From the NCBI GenBank assembly GCA_965197905.1, contig CBDAOB010000005.1, forward strand, positions 864,001 through 928,000: DNA of 64,000 bases, read 5' to 3'. A program made the translations under genes and the position numbers. Shown here one piece after another: positions 1 to 10,910 of this stretch; positions within the stretch are counted from its first letter, which is position 1; every line of letters begins with the position of its first letter. This DNA is from Candidatus Latescibacterota bacterium. Lineage in GTDB: Bacteria > Latescibacterota > UBA2968 > UBA8231. The notes beneath the pieces were generated by a model, which did no database searches, was not told where the DNA came from, and saw nothing but the letters and a program-made list of their open reading frames with translations.

Positions 1-1206
1 GACGCCGAGGGCCATGCCCACATCGCCTACCACGACCATCAAGCCCCCAACTTCAATCCCCAGCTTGGGGACGCGACCTACGCCTTTCAGGATGGTGACG
101 ACTGGGTCGTCGAGACTATCGTCCATGCAGGTCACGACGGGTGGGACACGAGCATCGCCGTATCTCCGTCGGGCGAGGTGCACGTGGCATCCATCGATCC
201 CGTCCAGTTCGGCTCGCTAGAAGGGGTCGAATGGGCTGTGCGGGGGGCGGGTGGAGGCTGGTCGGTAGAGGCGATCGGCAGTGGTCCCGTCCCATATGAG
301 TTCGGCACCGGGCTGGTGCTGAATCGGGAAGGGGTTCCCTCAATTGTCTATCACGACGGCAGCGAACGGCTCAACCCCGGACCCGATGGCAGCGACCTCT
401 TTCTGGCGGTGAGAAACGGCGGGAGCTGGTCTTTGGAGGTCGTCGACCAACGTGGCGACGTGGGGAAATTCGCCAGCCTGGCGATGGACAGCCAGGACCG
501 CGAGCACATCGCCTACTTCCATTGGACCGAAACCGGCGCCGGCATCGTCAAGTACGCCATTCGCGACGACACGGGTTGGCAGGTAGAAGAAGTGGACGAA
601 TTGAATTCGGTGCAGATCGCTTTTCTGGGCGCCCGACGCATGATCGCGATCGCGGTGGACGGCGATGACCGGCCGCACATCGCCTACGCGGACCAGGGGA
701 AGTTGCGCTATGCGCGTCACAACGGTACGGACTGGGACATAGATCTGGTTGCGGTGCCGATGGGAGACGGCGCCATCCTCGGACAGCTGGTCTCTCTGGC
801 GTTGGATGAGTCCGGCCGGCCGCATGTCGCTTATTACGAGCTCGCTGCCAATGCTCCGTCCTCCACTGGAACCGTGTATTACGCGGTAGCTTCTGTGCCA
901 ACCTCGGTAACCGAAACGGTGAAACTTCCGGAGAAATTTCGTTTGGCCAACGTCCCCAATCCGTTCAACCCCTCCACCGAGATCCGATTCTCCTTCGCAA
1001 CTCCGCGTCAGGTGCGGCTGGCTGTTTACAATCTGCTGGGACAGGAAGTTCGCCTGCTGCATTCGGGTTGGTTCGAGCCGGGCGCCCACCGAACAACGTG
1101 GGACGGCACGGATGCGGAGGGCAACGAGATGGCATCCGGCGTCTATCTGGCGTTTCTGCGCGCCGGGTCCCAGCAACAGGTGCGCAAGATGCTGTTGTTG
1201 CGTTAG
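1..1206 (+). CDS. Secreted beta-propeller repeat protein with C-terminal FlgD-Ig/T9SS type A-like sorting domain (5' partial)
   Basis: Frame open from base 1; repeated DxxxxxHIAY motifs; C-terminus NVPNPFNPSTEIRF...VYNLLGQEV...WDGTD...SGVY...KMLLLR. Confidence 0.8.
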   Translation, partial: DAEGHAHIAYHDHQAPNFNPQLGDATYAFQDGDDWVVETIVHAGHDGWDTSIAVSPSGEVHVASIDPVQFGSLEGVEWAVRGAGGGWSVEAIGSGPVPYEFGTGLVLNREGVPSIVYHDGSERLNPGPDGSDLFLAVRNGGSWSLEVVDQRGDVGKFASLAMDSQDREHIAYFHWTETGAGIVKYAIRDDTGWQVEEVDELNSVQIAFLGARRMIAIAVDGDDRPHIAYADQGKLRYARHNGTDWDIDLVAVPMGDGAILGQLVSLALDESGRPHVAYYELAANAPSSTGTVYYAVASVPTSVTETVKLPEKFRLANVPNPFNPSTEIRFSFATPRQVRLAVYNLLGQEVRLLHSGWFEPGAHRTTWDGTDAEGNEMASGVYLAFLRAGSQQQVRKMLLLR

Positions 1207-1335
1207 TTTTGGCGTCGAGCCCCGGCCGTACGGCATTGCAGTCGCCGTCGGGCGGCCCCGGGCCGCGCGCCAAGCCAATCCGGATTTCGTGAAGTACTGA
1301 TTCTAGCATCACTTATCCCTTCAAAGGAACTGCCC

Positions 1336-4300
1336 ATGTATTTCCTGGTGCTTCTTTTCTCTGTCCTGGTTCTGGAGCCTTTTCCGCTCTTTGCTTCCAT
1401 CTCGTTCTCCAACCAGGCTTCCACGGCGGGTGTGGCCGACCCTGGTGAGGCCAACGGAGCCGCCTTTGGGGATTACAACGGGGATGGCTGGCCCGACCTG
1501 CTGGTGATGCGCATGGGCATCTGGGAGCATCCCCTGTTCTACCTCAACCAGGGGGATGGCAGCTTCGCAGACCAGAGCCAAGTCCTGGCTGCTGCTAAGA
1601 AGCAGGCATTGAGCGGGAGCTTCGTAGACTACGACGGCGACGGGGATCAGGACATCTACATCGTGTACTACGGTGCGTCCAACCAGCTCTTTCGCAACGA
1701 CGGCGGTGCATTCGCCAGGATCGACCCGCCAGATTTTCTGGCAGAAAACGACGTGGCGCTCAGTGCCGTATTTGGCGATTTCGACGGTGACGGCGCTGTC
1801 GATCTCTTTACCACCCATCGCTTCTCTGTGTCCAATCAGTTCTACACCCGCATGTACGCAGAAGGCTTTGCAGACCAGAGTCACATCATCAGCTCCCTGC
1901 GTTCCGGGCGGGACACCTTCAGCGCCGTGCCTTTTGACTACGATGACGACGGCGATCTGGATCTCTACGTCAGCAATTTAGGTTTTCCCAACCTGCTGCA
2001 CCGCAATGATGGTCACGGGGTTTTCCGACAGGTGGCCGAGGCTGTCGAACTGCGCCACCCGGGGGCCAGCGTGGCCGCTTTTCCGGCGGACTACGACAAC
2101 GATGGAGACCTGGACCTGTACGTGGTCAATGCAGGGGAGCAAGCCAATGTCCTCTATCGCAACAACGGGGACGAGCGCTTCGTCGACGTGACCTCAGCAG
2201 CGGGTACAGGGGAGAGAAGGAGGAGTTTAGGAGCGGGGTGGGCGGATTTCGACAACGACGGAGATCTCGACCTGATCGTCTCCAACTCAGGTGGGCCCAC
2301 TGTGTACGAAAACAATGGAGACGGCACGTTTGCGGATATCACTGCTGCGGCGCAGGGCGGGAGCCGGTCAGCGGGGCTGAGTACGGCGGGAGTTGCCGTG
2401 GCGGATTACGATCTGGACGGGGATGTGGATGTGTTCCTGGCCGGCACCGGGGAGGATCTGCTGCTGCGCAACGACAGCGCAGCGCAGGGCCACTGGTTGA
2501 GGCTGCGCCTCACTGCCCGTGGAAAGGCACAAACAGCCCTGGGGGCGCGGGTCACAATTGAGACGTCGGCCGGGATCCAGGTGCGCGAGTACGTGAATGC
2601 GGCAGCTTTGGGCTCTCTGCACGGAGACCTGCTGCACTTCGGCTTGGGATCCCAGGTGCAAGTGGACCAACTCACGGTGGACTGGCCTTTGGGGCAGCGC
2701 CAGGTCCTAAAGGGTGTGGAGGCGGATCAGGTCATAACCTTGCGGGAACCTCTGCCCCAGCGCGATCTGCGCATCCGCACAGTGGTGCGGCCTACCCTGG
2801 CTCCGGTCTGGGCACCGCTGGCGCCCGAGGTAGAGGTCTACAATGCCGGCCAGAGCCGGGTGACTGGCGTTGCTTTGCAGGCGCAAATCACCTATGGAGA
2901 CCGCTCTGTCTACAGCGCCTCCGAGCCTGTCCCCGGGCTGGCGACCGGGGCTTCTGCCCGGGTCCGCTTTCCGTCCTGGACGCCGGTGTTGGGCGGGGTG
3001 TACAGGTTCCGGTTTGAGCTGGAGATCAACGACGATGTGAGCGGCAACAATACCTGGGAGCGCACCTCGTACCTGTATCCTTTCAGGGACGTGGCCCCCG
3101 AACTCGGCGTGGACGATCCAGGCAAGGGCTGGGCCGGTGCTTTTGCCGACTACGACAGCGACGGCGATCTGGATATCTACATCTCCAATGGGGGGTCCCT
3201 GGGTAGGGGAGCCAATATCCTCTACCGCAATGACCTGGAGCGGGGATTCACGGATGTGACCGAGGCCAGCGGGACCGCTGATAGGGGCAATGGAACCGGT
3301 CTGGTCTTCGCTGATTTCGACCGGGACAGCTTCCTGGATCTCCTCATTCGCCAAAGGGGGTTTCTTCCCTGAGGGTGAGTCAAACCGGCTCTTCCACAAC
3401 AACGGGGACGGTAGCTTCTCGGATATTTCGACAGCAGCCGGTCTGGATCTTCAGGAGTCCAGCTATGCCCCAGCAGTGGGGGATTACGACCAGGACGGGT
3501 ACCTGGATCTGTACGTGTCGCAGCTCCGCAGACAGTCCAACAGACTCTACCACAACCAGGGAGATGGGACCTTCGAGGATGTGACCCAGGCCAAGAACAT
3601 CCAGAGCTCCGTCGACGTCAGCGGTTCCTCGGCAGCCTTTGCCGACTACGACAACGATGGAGACGTGGATCTCTACGCCAGTGTGTTCGGAGGGCATGAC
3701 CTGTTCTACTCCGATGTCGGCGATACCAGCTTCGCGGTCAGCCCTGTCGGGAATGAGAGGGGGGACTCAGTGGGGATAGTGATGGGAGACTACGACAGCG
3801 ATGGCGATCTGGATGTCTACGTGGTCAACCGGCACTGGCGCAGCGGGCTCTACCGCAACGAGGTGGATCAGCTGTTCGCGGACGTGAGCGCTGCCAGCGG
3901 CACCGAGAACTTCGCGCCAGGTACGGGCTGCGCCTTTGGCGATCACGACAACGACGGCGATCTGGACCTCTTCGTGGTCAACCTCGAAACAGCCGACCGG
4001 GTCTACATGAACCTGGGAGACGGCACGTTTGTGGATTTGGCCGGGGCCTTTGGCATGGCCGATACTTCGCGGGCGCGCGGGGTCATGTTGGGCGACTACG
4101 ACGAGGACGGGGACCTGGATGCTTACGTGGTCAACGAAGGAGCGAGGAATCGTCTCTACCAGAATGGCGGCAGCTCGCACAACTGGCTGAAGGTGGACGT
4201 GCAGGGCGTGCAGAGCAATACGGATGGCATTGGCGCGCGCATCGGCATTTTCTCCGAGGGCCAGGCCCTGATCCACGAAGTGAACGGCACCGCGGGTTTT

Positions 4301-4759
4301 TCCCAGAGCAGCCGCACAGCGCACTTCGGGTTGGGGGAACGCGACCAGATCGATTCCCTGGTGGTGCACTGGCCCAGCGGCCAGGTAGATAGCTACCTGG
4401 ACTTTGCGGCCAACACCACCCGGCAGGTGGTCGAAGGCCAGCGCCCCACAGCTGTGGAGGAGACGTCTGCGCCCGTGCCGCACCTGTTCGCCCTGGAGCA
4501 GAATCATCCCAATCCGTTCAACGCCTCGACCCTGATCGGGTTTAGCATCGCACAACCTGGCCGGGTGCGTCTGGTGCTCTACAATGCCCTGGGGCAGCAG
4601 ATCCGCGTCCTGATCGACCAGGACCTGGCGGCCGGGAGACGTCAGGTGGTGTGGGATGGCCGGGATGACCAGGGGCGGTCAGTGGCCAGCGGAGCCTATT
4701 ATTATCGCCTGGGGAGCGGCGGTGAGGAGAAGGTGCGCTCCATGGTGCTGCTGAGGTGA
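1336..4759 (+). pseudogene. CRTAC1-like protein (FG-GAP/VCBS repeats, two ASPIC/UnbV domains, CARDB-like linker, FlgD-Ig/T9SS-like C-terminus); split by a frameshift near 3347-3360, possibly a sequencing error
   Basis: ORFs 1336-3372 and 3290-4759 continue the same DYDxDGDLDLYV repeats; HFGLG ASPIC motifs in both halves; signal peptide; NPFN C-terminal domain; removing one base joins them into ~1140 aa. Confidence 0.8.
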
Positions 4760-4802
4760 GGTGGAGGATGGCGTAGGGGGACAGCTATGTCGACCCAGTT
4801 AT

Positions 4803-5651
4803 TTATCGCTTGATGAAAAAACCTGCGGAATAGACCGGCGCCTGCAGCGCATTCCTGGCCCGCGCGGAGTTGGTCGCGCTCAGTGAAACGCCGGCACCAT
4901 TGCCCAGGTCGTAGATCAGTTCCGGGCCGTAGGTGACGAAGCTCTGGTCGTTGGCGTATAACCCACCCATGCCTCCGCCAACTGCGTCGTCCCCATTCTC
5001 CAGCGACTCGAGGCCGCGCACGTGGAGTATGGCCGTGAAACCGACGCTAAAGGTGTAGCCGCATTCCACTGCATAGAGGAACTCGTCCGAAAAACCGTTG
5101 ATGCGGTTGTTGAATCCAATAGAGACATTCAGGTAGGCAGGTTTCGGATAGAAGGAATGTCCCGCCTGCAGGGCCAGTTGCTGATTGGCTTCGCCGTCGC
5201 CGGTCAGTAAACCGTTCGCCTGGGTGTCATCCCCCAAGGGCAGGCCTAGAACGAGGTCGGCGCCGAGCGTCGTCGCTCCCAGTTGTCGCAGGCGGTAGCG
5301 CAGACCGATCTGTGCGTCCCCGATTCCAGTGACATCGTCCCCTTTGAAGTAGACAAAACCGCTGGGGCGGCCGACTTGCTTGTTCAGGGTGATGCGTTTG
5401 AAAAATGGCAGATACCCGATGACGGTCAGGTCGGCTCTCAGCCCGTACTCGCCGTACAGGCTCGAAGTGTAGTCCGCCAGCGTCGGAATAGTAATCTTGC
5501 TGCCATTCACCTCGCGAAAGTTTTTCCCGCGCACCAGCTGCGTGTCGATCTTGAAGAAGCCGCTCCCTTGGGGTTGAGTCCAGGCCCCGGCGCCGGCATC
5601 GCCGGCACGGCCAAGTACTACGACGGCCAGCACAATTGCAAAGCGCTTCAA
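4803..5651 (-). CDS. Putative outer-membrane beta-barrel protein
   Basis: TTG start after AGAGGAG RBS; signal peptide ending AGA-WTQ; amphipathic beta strands, GIGDAQIGLRY motif, aromatic residues near the C-terminus. Confidence 0.6.
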   Translation of the reverse strand: MKRFAIVLAVVVLGRAGDAGAGAWTQPQGSGFFKIDTQLVRGKNFREVNGSKITIPTLADYTSSLYGEYGLRADLTVIGYLPFFKRITLNKQVGRPSGFVYFKGDDVTGIGDAQIGLRYRLRQLGATTLGADLVLGLPLGDDTQANGLLTGDGEANQQLALQAGHSFYPKPAYLNVSIGFNNRINGFSDEFLYAVECGYTFSVGFTAILHVRGLESLENGDDAVGGGMGGLYANDQSFVTYGPELIYDLGNGAGVSLSATNSARARNALQAPVYSAGFFIKR

Positions 5652-5692
5652 ATCACATGCTCCTCTTAGATCGTGAGCGCTGCCGATGGGAG

Positions 5693-6609
5693 TCACTGGA
5701 GTTCAGCAAAGCCGAAGGTGACATTGAACGGAACGCAGTGGATGATAACCCAATCATACGTAGTCATCTCCACATCGGCCGGAAGCGGGTAGCTCTGGGC
5801 GCCGGAAAAACTCTGCAGCTGACCGATTTTGAGGCTGGTGGGTCCAACCATGGCTGCGGTGGAGAGAAATACCTCCAGTGCAGGTCCTTTGCTCACCAGA
5901 AAGTCGTCGCCCAGAACCAGCTCCAGTACCCCCGAATCCCCCGTCTGGACAACGGCCCTCCCCTCGCACACATAACTGGAGCCGGGACGTGGCACGAACA
6001 TGCCCGCACGCTCACCTCCCGGTACCGTTACGACAATCGCGTTGCTGGTGACGCCCTCGGTTTCGGCGGTAATCGTCGTTCGTCCAGGCGAGGTGGCTGA
6101 TACCCGACCGGCATCGTCCACTGTGGCTACGCCCTCGTTCGAGCTGCGCCATTGATAGGACGTTTCTCCCAGCACCTCGCCACGCGCATTCTTATTCTCC
6201 GCGGCGAGTTGAAAAGTTCCGCCTTGCTGTATCTGGACCGCGGACGGCGATAATCGCACAACCGCCACTTGATCGCTGTCGTCAACCACGTTCACCAGAG
6301 CCGGATCGCTAACCACGTCCTCGATGCTGGCGGAGACGGTCACTTGCCCCGAGACCAGGCCGCGTACAGTACCCCGCTCGTCCACGGTAGCGATCTCCGC
6401 ATCCGATACGGACCAGCGGATGGAGGCATCGGCAAGGGGTCGTCGAAGTAGGTCGCTTCAAACCTCCGGCTTTCGCCGACCTGCACGGCCGCCATATCCG
6501 GAATCACGAGAATGCGGGGATCGACCGTCATGGGCGGATCGGCGATATGATCCGTACCCGTACAACCGTGAACCAAACCGGCGATGCCGATGCAAAACCA
6601 TTTCTTCAT
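5693..6609 (-). pseudogene. Lipoprotein with Ig-like (Big_2) repeats and C-terminal DM13 domain; frameshift near 6436-6440
   Basis: Lipobox-like LVHGC in ORF 6340-6609; the second frame resumes ADASIRWSVSDAEIATVD; WRSSNEGVATVD repeat; DM13-like GPALEVFLS...IHCVPFNVTFG. Confidence 0.7.
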
Positions 6610-9299
6610 CGCGCTGCCTTCCAGTTGAAAATTCGTTTCAAATAGCGACTGCTCGCGATGGTTTTGTCGATTTCTCCATGCATTTGAGGTGGAAAGTTCA
6701 AGGGGCCAAACCTCGTTCCTGAGTAGGATGAGTAGCTCGCAAAACTGTCGTCTCGAATGATACTTTCCAGAATATATCTATACATATTGATATTGGAGAG
6801 CGCCTGCAATGGTTGTCCATCAGGAAAGCATTGAGGGCACCACTCTCTAACTGCCTTGAAATTGAAGATGTCTGGGATTTGGGACCTAAAAAAGAGAATT
6901 CTACTGTACTCGCTGATTGGATAGTCGTCCGTCAATGCCGGACTCTTTCGAGTGATTCTCGACAGAGTTTCAGCGTCTGACAAATACATACCGACAACGT
7001 CTGTGAGGTTGCCTACAGAGATTCTTTTCAAATCCATGCTTATCGCTTGGCTCTTATTTGCATTTTGAGTAAAAGTGTACGGATCCAGAATGTTTTCAGC
7101 ATCCTTTCTACCCATTAGTATCAACTCTCCAACATCCCCCCAGAATAGGTTTCCATTGGGAAAGACCTCCATAAACGACCGAATCATCGATAAGACCACC
7201 TCTTTGGGTTGTTGGCGAATAGGTAGCCACTGGGTAAGGAAACCTCCTTTCTTTAGTTTCTTTTTCGAAAGTTGATAAAACTCTTTTGAATAAAGGGAAG
7301 CTACACCTGCAAAGCCTATCGGGGGTGGCTCAAGGGTGACAAGGTCGTAGGTGACGCCCCTGTCCATGCGAAGGTGTTGGCGACCATCGTTAACAAAAAC
7401 TCGAACACGCGGATCACGGAGAATGTCTTGGTTCCACTGCCTAAAAAATTTAGCGTGCTCCAATACGTGCTTAGATAAATCAACCAGCTCGAGGTTTTTT
7501 ACACTTTCATACAAAGAGGCTGCGTGCACTGTGTTTCCAACTCCGAAGCATATGACCAGAACATCTTCTGGCTTCTCTAACTGAAGCAAGGAAAGATGAA
7601 CGAAGGATCTCATGTACCTTTGCGATTCCAATGATGTTGAGGACATGGCATGGCCATTGGTAAATAGGTAGCGTCCCTCGGCTCTTATTGGAATGTCAAC
7701 GATTGCGATGGATTCGAGAATTCCTTCGCTTGTCGTCACAAGGTGAGGTGGTTCTAGCATACCCTTGACAAAGTTCTTATTGCGAAAACTCTTAACAAGC
7801 AAGTAGTCCTTATCCATCTCAAGCCAGCGAACAAGGCATGAGATTAAGGCAACTAAGATCACCACGTGTACCAATCGCAATGCAGTTTGTTTTTTACGTA
7901 GCAAAAATTCCCTATTCATTGGGAAGAGTAACAGCATATTTACAAAGGTTAAGCAGACCATGAAAAAGAGAGTCCACTTAGTGCCAAGCGATGGTATGAA
8001 TAGAAAACCGGTGAGCAGTGACCCACAAAGGGCACCTAGGGTATTCCATAGGTAGAGGCTTCCAGATCTCTTTCCGACCTCTCGAGTCCTGTCTTGGATG
8101 AGCGCATTTGCTAAGGGAAAAGAAAATCCCATAACGAAGGCTGGAATGCCAACTAACTTTAGAATCGGTATTAGGATCAGTGCAAATTCATAGAGCGGTT
8201 GAATGAGAGCAGGGAGTGCAAAGAATGTGTCTTCGTGGACTTTTGTGATTGGGTAGAAGTCGAAGAATAAGAACCCGCCCATTACAAAGAATGCAAAGAC
8301 CACCTGAGAATAGAAAAAAAGTAGCTCAGGACGTTTCAGTCGTTTAGTCAGGATGCCACTGGCTACAGAGCCAAACCAGATACCGACGAGAATAACCAAC
8401 AGTAGGAGCGAAAGGACAGAGCGATACTGTCCTAGTGAACTAATCAAAAATCGAAACCACAAGACTTCCATACCAAGGCCAACGAAGCCGACACAAAACA
8501 ATATCGATGACACGATCACTAGGCTAGGGGAGGGAGTAGATTTAGACTTCGAAGGACGTTGGGACTTACTTTTCAACTGAGGGCTTGGGTGATCGGCCTG
8601 AACAATGAGAGTCTCCTCATTGTAAGCGCTATCGCCAAGCTTTTTGAGCCTTGCCGAAGCTATTCCAAGAGCCCCTAGACCTGCCAGAAGATTAAAAGCA
8701 ACAGCGACCATCTGAGTGCTGAAGATCCCAGCCTTGGGGATCAAGACAAAATCAGCAAGAAAACAGCCAAGGGCCGCGCCAGCGGTATTGATCCCATAGA
8801 GCCAACCAACCTTAGGGGCTGTCTCGCGTAAGTCACTATACAATAGATACCGGATGAGAAGAGTAAGGGTGGCTCCCATTGTGAAAGTTGGTGGAAATAC
8901 AAGGGCCGTTGCTACAACGTAGCGCAGTATCACAGATCCCCACGAGAGTTCGTACCAATTGTTGCTGGTGAGGGTATAGGAAGAAATTAGGGCCGACCAC
9001 TCTTCCCCCCGGATCAGTAGCACTGCGATTAGAAGGCCAAATGCGGCGATCAAAAACTCAGCGTAGGCATAGACTTTGATACAGAAATCTCTGTCTTTTC
9101 TGTAAACTTTGTCGATCCATCGTCCGGCAAAATAGCCCCCCAGACCCAATCCGCACATGAATACGGCGACCACTAGGGAAGTGGAATGGATAGTGTTTCC
9201 AAAGAGAAGGCCAAACTGACGAACCCAGACAATTTGGTAAAGAAGCCCACTGATACCTGAAAGAAAAAAGACCAAATAAACGTTGAAAACCCGAGCCAT
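6606..9299 (-). CDS. Fused MFS-like membrane domain / spermidine synthase-like SAM-binding protein
   Basis: FFLSGISGLLYQIVWVR N-terminus, ~13 hydrophobic segments, then VLVICFGVG, ELVDLS, NDGR, YDLVTLEPPP, GGFLTQW; markedly lower GC than flanks. Confidence 0.85.
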   Translation of the reverse strand: MARVFNVYLVFFLSGISGLLYQIVWVRQFGLLFGNTIHSTSLVVAVFMCGLGLGGYFAGRWIDKVYRKDRDFCIKVYAYAEFLIAAFGLLIAVLLIRGEEWSALISSYTLTSNNWYELSWGSVILRYVVATALVFPPTFTMGATLTLLIRYLLYSDLRETAPKVGWLYGINTAGAALGCFLADFVLIPKAGIFSTQMVAVAFNLLAGLGALGIASARLKKLGDSAYNEETLIVQADHPSPQLKSKSQRPSKSKSTPSPSLVIVSSILFCVGFVGLGMEVLWFRFLISSLGQYRSVLSLLLLVILVGIWFGSVASGILTKRLKRPELLFFYSQVVFAFFVMGGFLFFDFYPITKVHEDTFFALPALIQPLYEFALILIPILKLVGIPAFVMGFSFPLANALIQDRTREVGKRSGSLYLWNTLGALCGSLLTGFLFIPSLGTKWTLFFMVCLTFVNMLLLFPMNREFLLRKKQTALRLVHVVILVALISCLVRWLEMDKDYLLVKSFRNKNFVKGMLEPPHLVTTSEGILESIAIVDIPIRAEGRYLFTNGHAMSSTSLESQRYMRSFVHLSLLQLEKPEDVLVICFGVGNTVHAASLYESVKNLELVDLSKHVLEHAKFFRQWNQDILRDPRVRVFVNDGRQHLRMDRGVTYDLVTLEPPPIGFAGVASLYSKEFYQLSKKKLKKGGFLTQWLPIRQQPKEVVLSMIRSFMEVFPNGNLFWGDVGELILMGRKDAENILDPYTFTQNANKSQAISMDLKRISVGNLTDVVGMYLSDAETLSRITRKSPALTDDYPISEYSRILFFRSQIPDIFNFKAVREWCPQCFPDGQPLQALSNINMYRYILESIIRDDSFASYSSYSGTRFGPLNFPPQMHGEIDKTIASSRYLKRIFNWKAAR

Positions 9300-9396
9300 A
9301 GATCAACTCTACAGTACCTTGACTATTGTATTTCTAAGCTAGGACAACGGACTTTAGTCGACCCAACGTTCGCTTTGAATGGGATTTTTGCAACTG

Positions 9397-9422
9397 CATT
9401 TATTCTGCTCTTAGAATAAATG
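9397..9422. promoter_or_regulatory. Perfect 10-bp inverted repeat (candidate operator)
   Basis: CATTTATTCT-gctctt-AGAATAAATG about 100 bp upstream of the 9299 start. Confidence 0.4.
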
Positions 9423-9557
9423 ACGACTATGTCGAAGGACAATCTCTTGCTCTTGTGGTAGCAATGGGTCTCTATTGCAACACGAGGTAGGGGAGCCAGC
9501 CTTTTTGCCAGTGAAGCACGTTGGACACTCTCAGTACCCTTATTGGATCGAATAGAG

Positions 9558-10910
9558 CTAATCCAGCCGAAAGGTGGTCCCGGCGATGAATCGGACCAGC
9601 TCGGGCTCGGGAATCGGCTGGTCTCCTTCTTTCTCCGTCCACCAGTAGGCGGTGAACAGCCGGCCGTCGGCAAGCTCGGTGACCACCGGATACCCGAGAT
9701 CCCAGCAGTAGGCGTCGCCGCGAACGACGAACTCTTCGCTCCAGGTTTTTCCCAGGTCATCGCTGACGACACCGATGATTCCGCGGCATCCGCGATCCGC
9801 GGTGCGCCGGGCGAACAGTATGACAATGCGCCCGTCCCGAGTTACCAGCGCTACCGGACAGCGCTGGCGCGAGTTGTCCTTGATCCCTTCTTCATTGCGC
9901 GGAGCCGATTCCGCTCGTGGACCGAAAACCGGGCCGCAGAATGTGCCGGGAGTCGTGACGAACTCCGGATTCGACCAGGTCATGCCATCGTTGGTCGAGA
10001 AGGCGACGCACGGGGTCTCGAAATCGGGGGTCGGTCCCCAGTGTTGATGCATGCAGGTCATTAAACGACCGTCGGGCAGTTTGTGCACCCCGGAGTAGTT
10101 GTATCCCGCAAGCATGTCGCCGTCCAGGGGAGTGATATCCGGGTTGATGCGGGCGACGTTACTGACGTATTCGAAGGTGACGCCGTTGTTGTAGCTGGCG
10201 TAATAGGCACAGATGTTGCGCCGGTAGATGCCCCCGACGATGCCGAGGACCCCATTGTCGAAATGCACGTGCCCCAGATTGACGGACAGGTACCCTGCAC
10301 CCGGCGCCCAACGGGGGGCGTCGATCAACGTTGCCTGGCTCTCCCAGGTGCGGCCCCGGTCCCGGCTGCGGACACAGAACGACGGATTGTGCTTCAGCTT
10401 TCCCAGGTGAAAGTTGAGCTCCTTGTTCGGTTGATTGGCCGATCCACCAATAGGCCACCTCAGATATTCGCTGTGGCAGAAGTGGATGATGGCGTTCGAA
10501 TCTCCCAGGTCGATCTCTTCGCGTTCGCTAATGTCTCGGGGACGCAACCAGTCAAGAGTCTCGTCAATCGTGCGGTCGTTGTTCCAGATCCATTGGCGCT
10601 CGCTTTCCGGCCAGGTCTCGCCGTTGTCGAGGGAGCGACTCAACATCACGCCGGATTCGCTGCCCCACTTCTCGTGCGCGCCACGAAATGACCGGGGTCC
10701 GCCACTGTGCCTGTTGTAGCCTGGCGGGAGATCGTCGGTGTAATTCATCGGTACGGCTAAGTAGGCAAGGGCGATTTCGCCGTCGCCGAAGTTCCAGATG
10801 CCCCCCCGATTCGGTGCGAACATATAGAGATGGTCGTCATAATGGACCTTGATGTGTTTTACGTCGTTGAGCGCGATCGGGCGCACTCCGACAGTTCGTT
10901 TTGATTCCAT
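9558..10910 (-). CDS. Sialidase-like Asp-box (BNR) beta-propeller protein
   Basis: Five Asp boxes: SLDNGETW, SRDRGRTW, SYNNGVTF, STNDGMTW, SDDLGKTW; DLGYP motif. Confidence 0.8.
   Translation of the reverse strand: MESKRTVGVRPIALNDVKHIKVHYDDHLYMFAPNRGGIWNFGDGEIALAYLAVPMNYTDDLPPGYNRHSGGPRSFRGAHEKWGSESGVMLSRSLDNGETWPESERQWIWNNDRTIDETLDWLRPRDISEREEIDLGDSNAIIHFCHSEYLRWPIGGSANQPNKELNFHLGKLKHNPSFCVRSRDRGRTWESQATLIDAPRWAPGAGYLSVNLGHVHFDNGVLGIVGGIYRRNICAYYASYNNGVTFEYVSNVARINPDITPLDGDMLAGYNYSGVHKLPDGRLMTCMHQHWGPTPDFETPCVAFSTNDGMTWSNPEFVTTPGTFCGPVFGPRAESAPRNEEGIKDNSRQRCPVALVTRDGRIVILFARRTADRGCRGIIGVVSDDLGKTWSEEFVVRGDAYCWDLGYPVVTELADGRLFTAYWWTEKEGDQPIPEPELVRFIAGTTFRLD

Noticed and set aside
1209..1273. 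GC-rich imperfect hairpin between the first two genes
   Set aside because: No U-tract or recognisable RNA family; plausible by chance at this GC
3351..3365. Programmed ribosomal frameshift at AAAGGGGGTTT
   Set aside because: The needed shift is +1, there is no canonical slippery heptamer with a downstream structure, and two other simple indels in the window point to errors or recent mutation
1336..4200. CRISPR-like periodic repeats (GACTACGAC...GGCGATCTGGA)
   Set aside because: These are coding FG-GAP repeats with codon-level variation, not identical repeats with spacers
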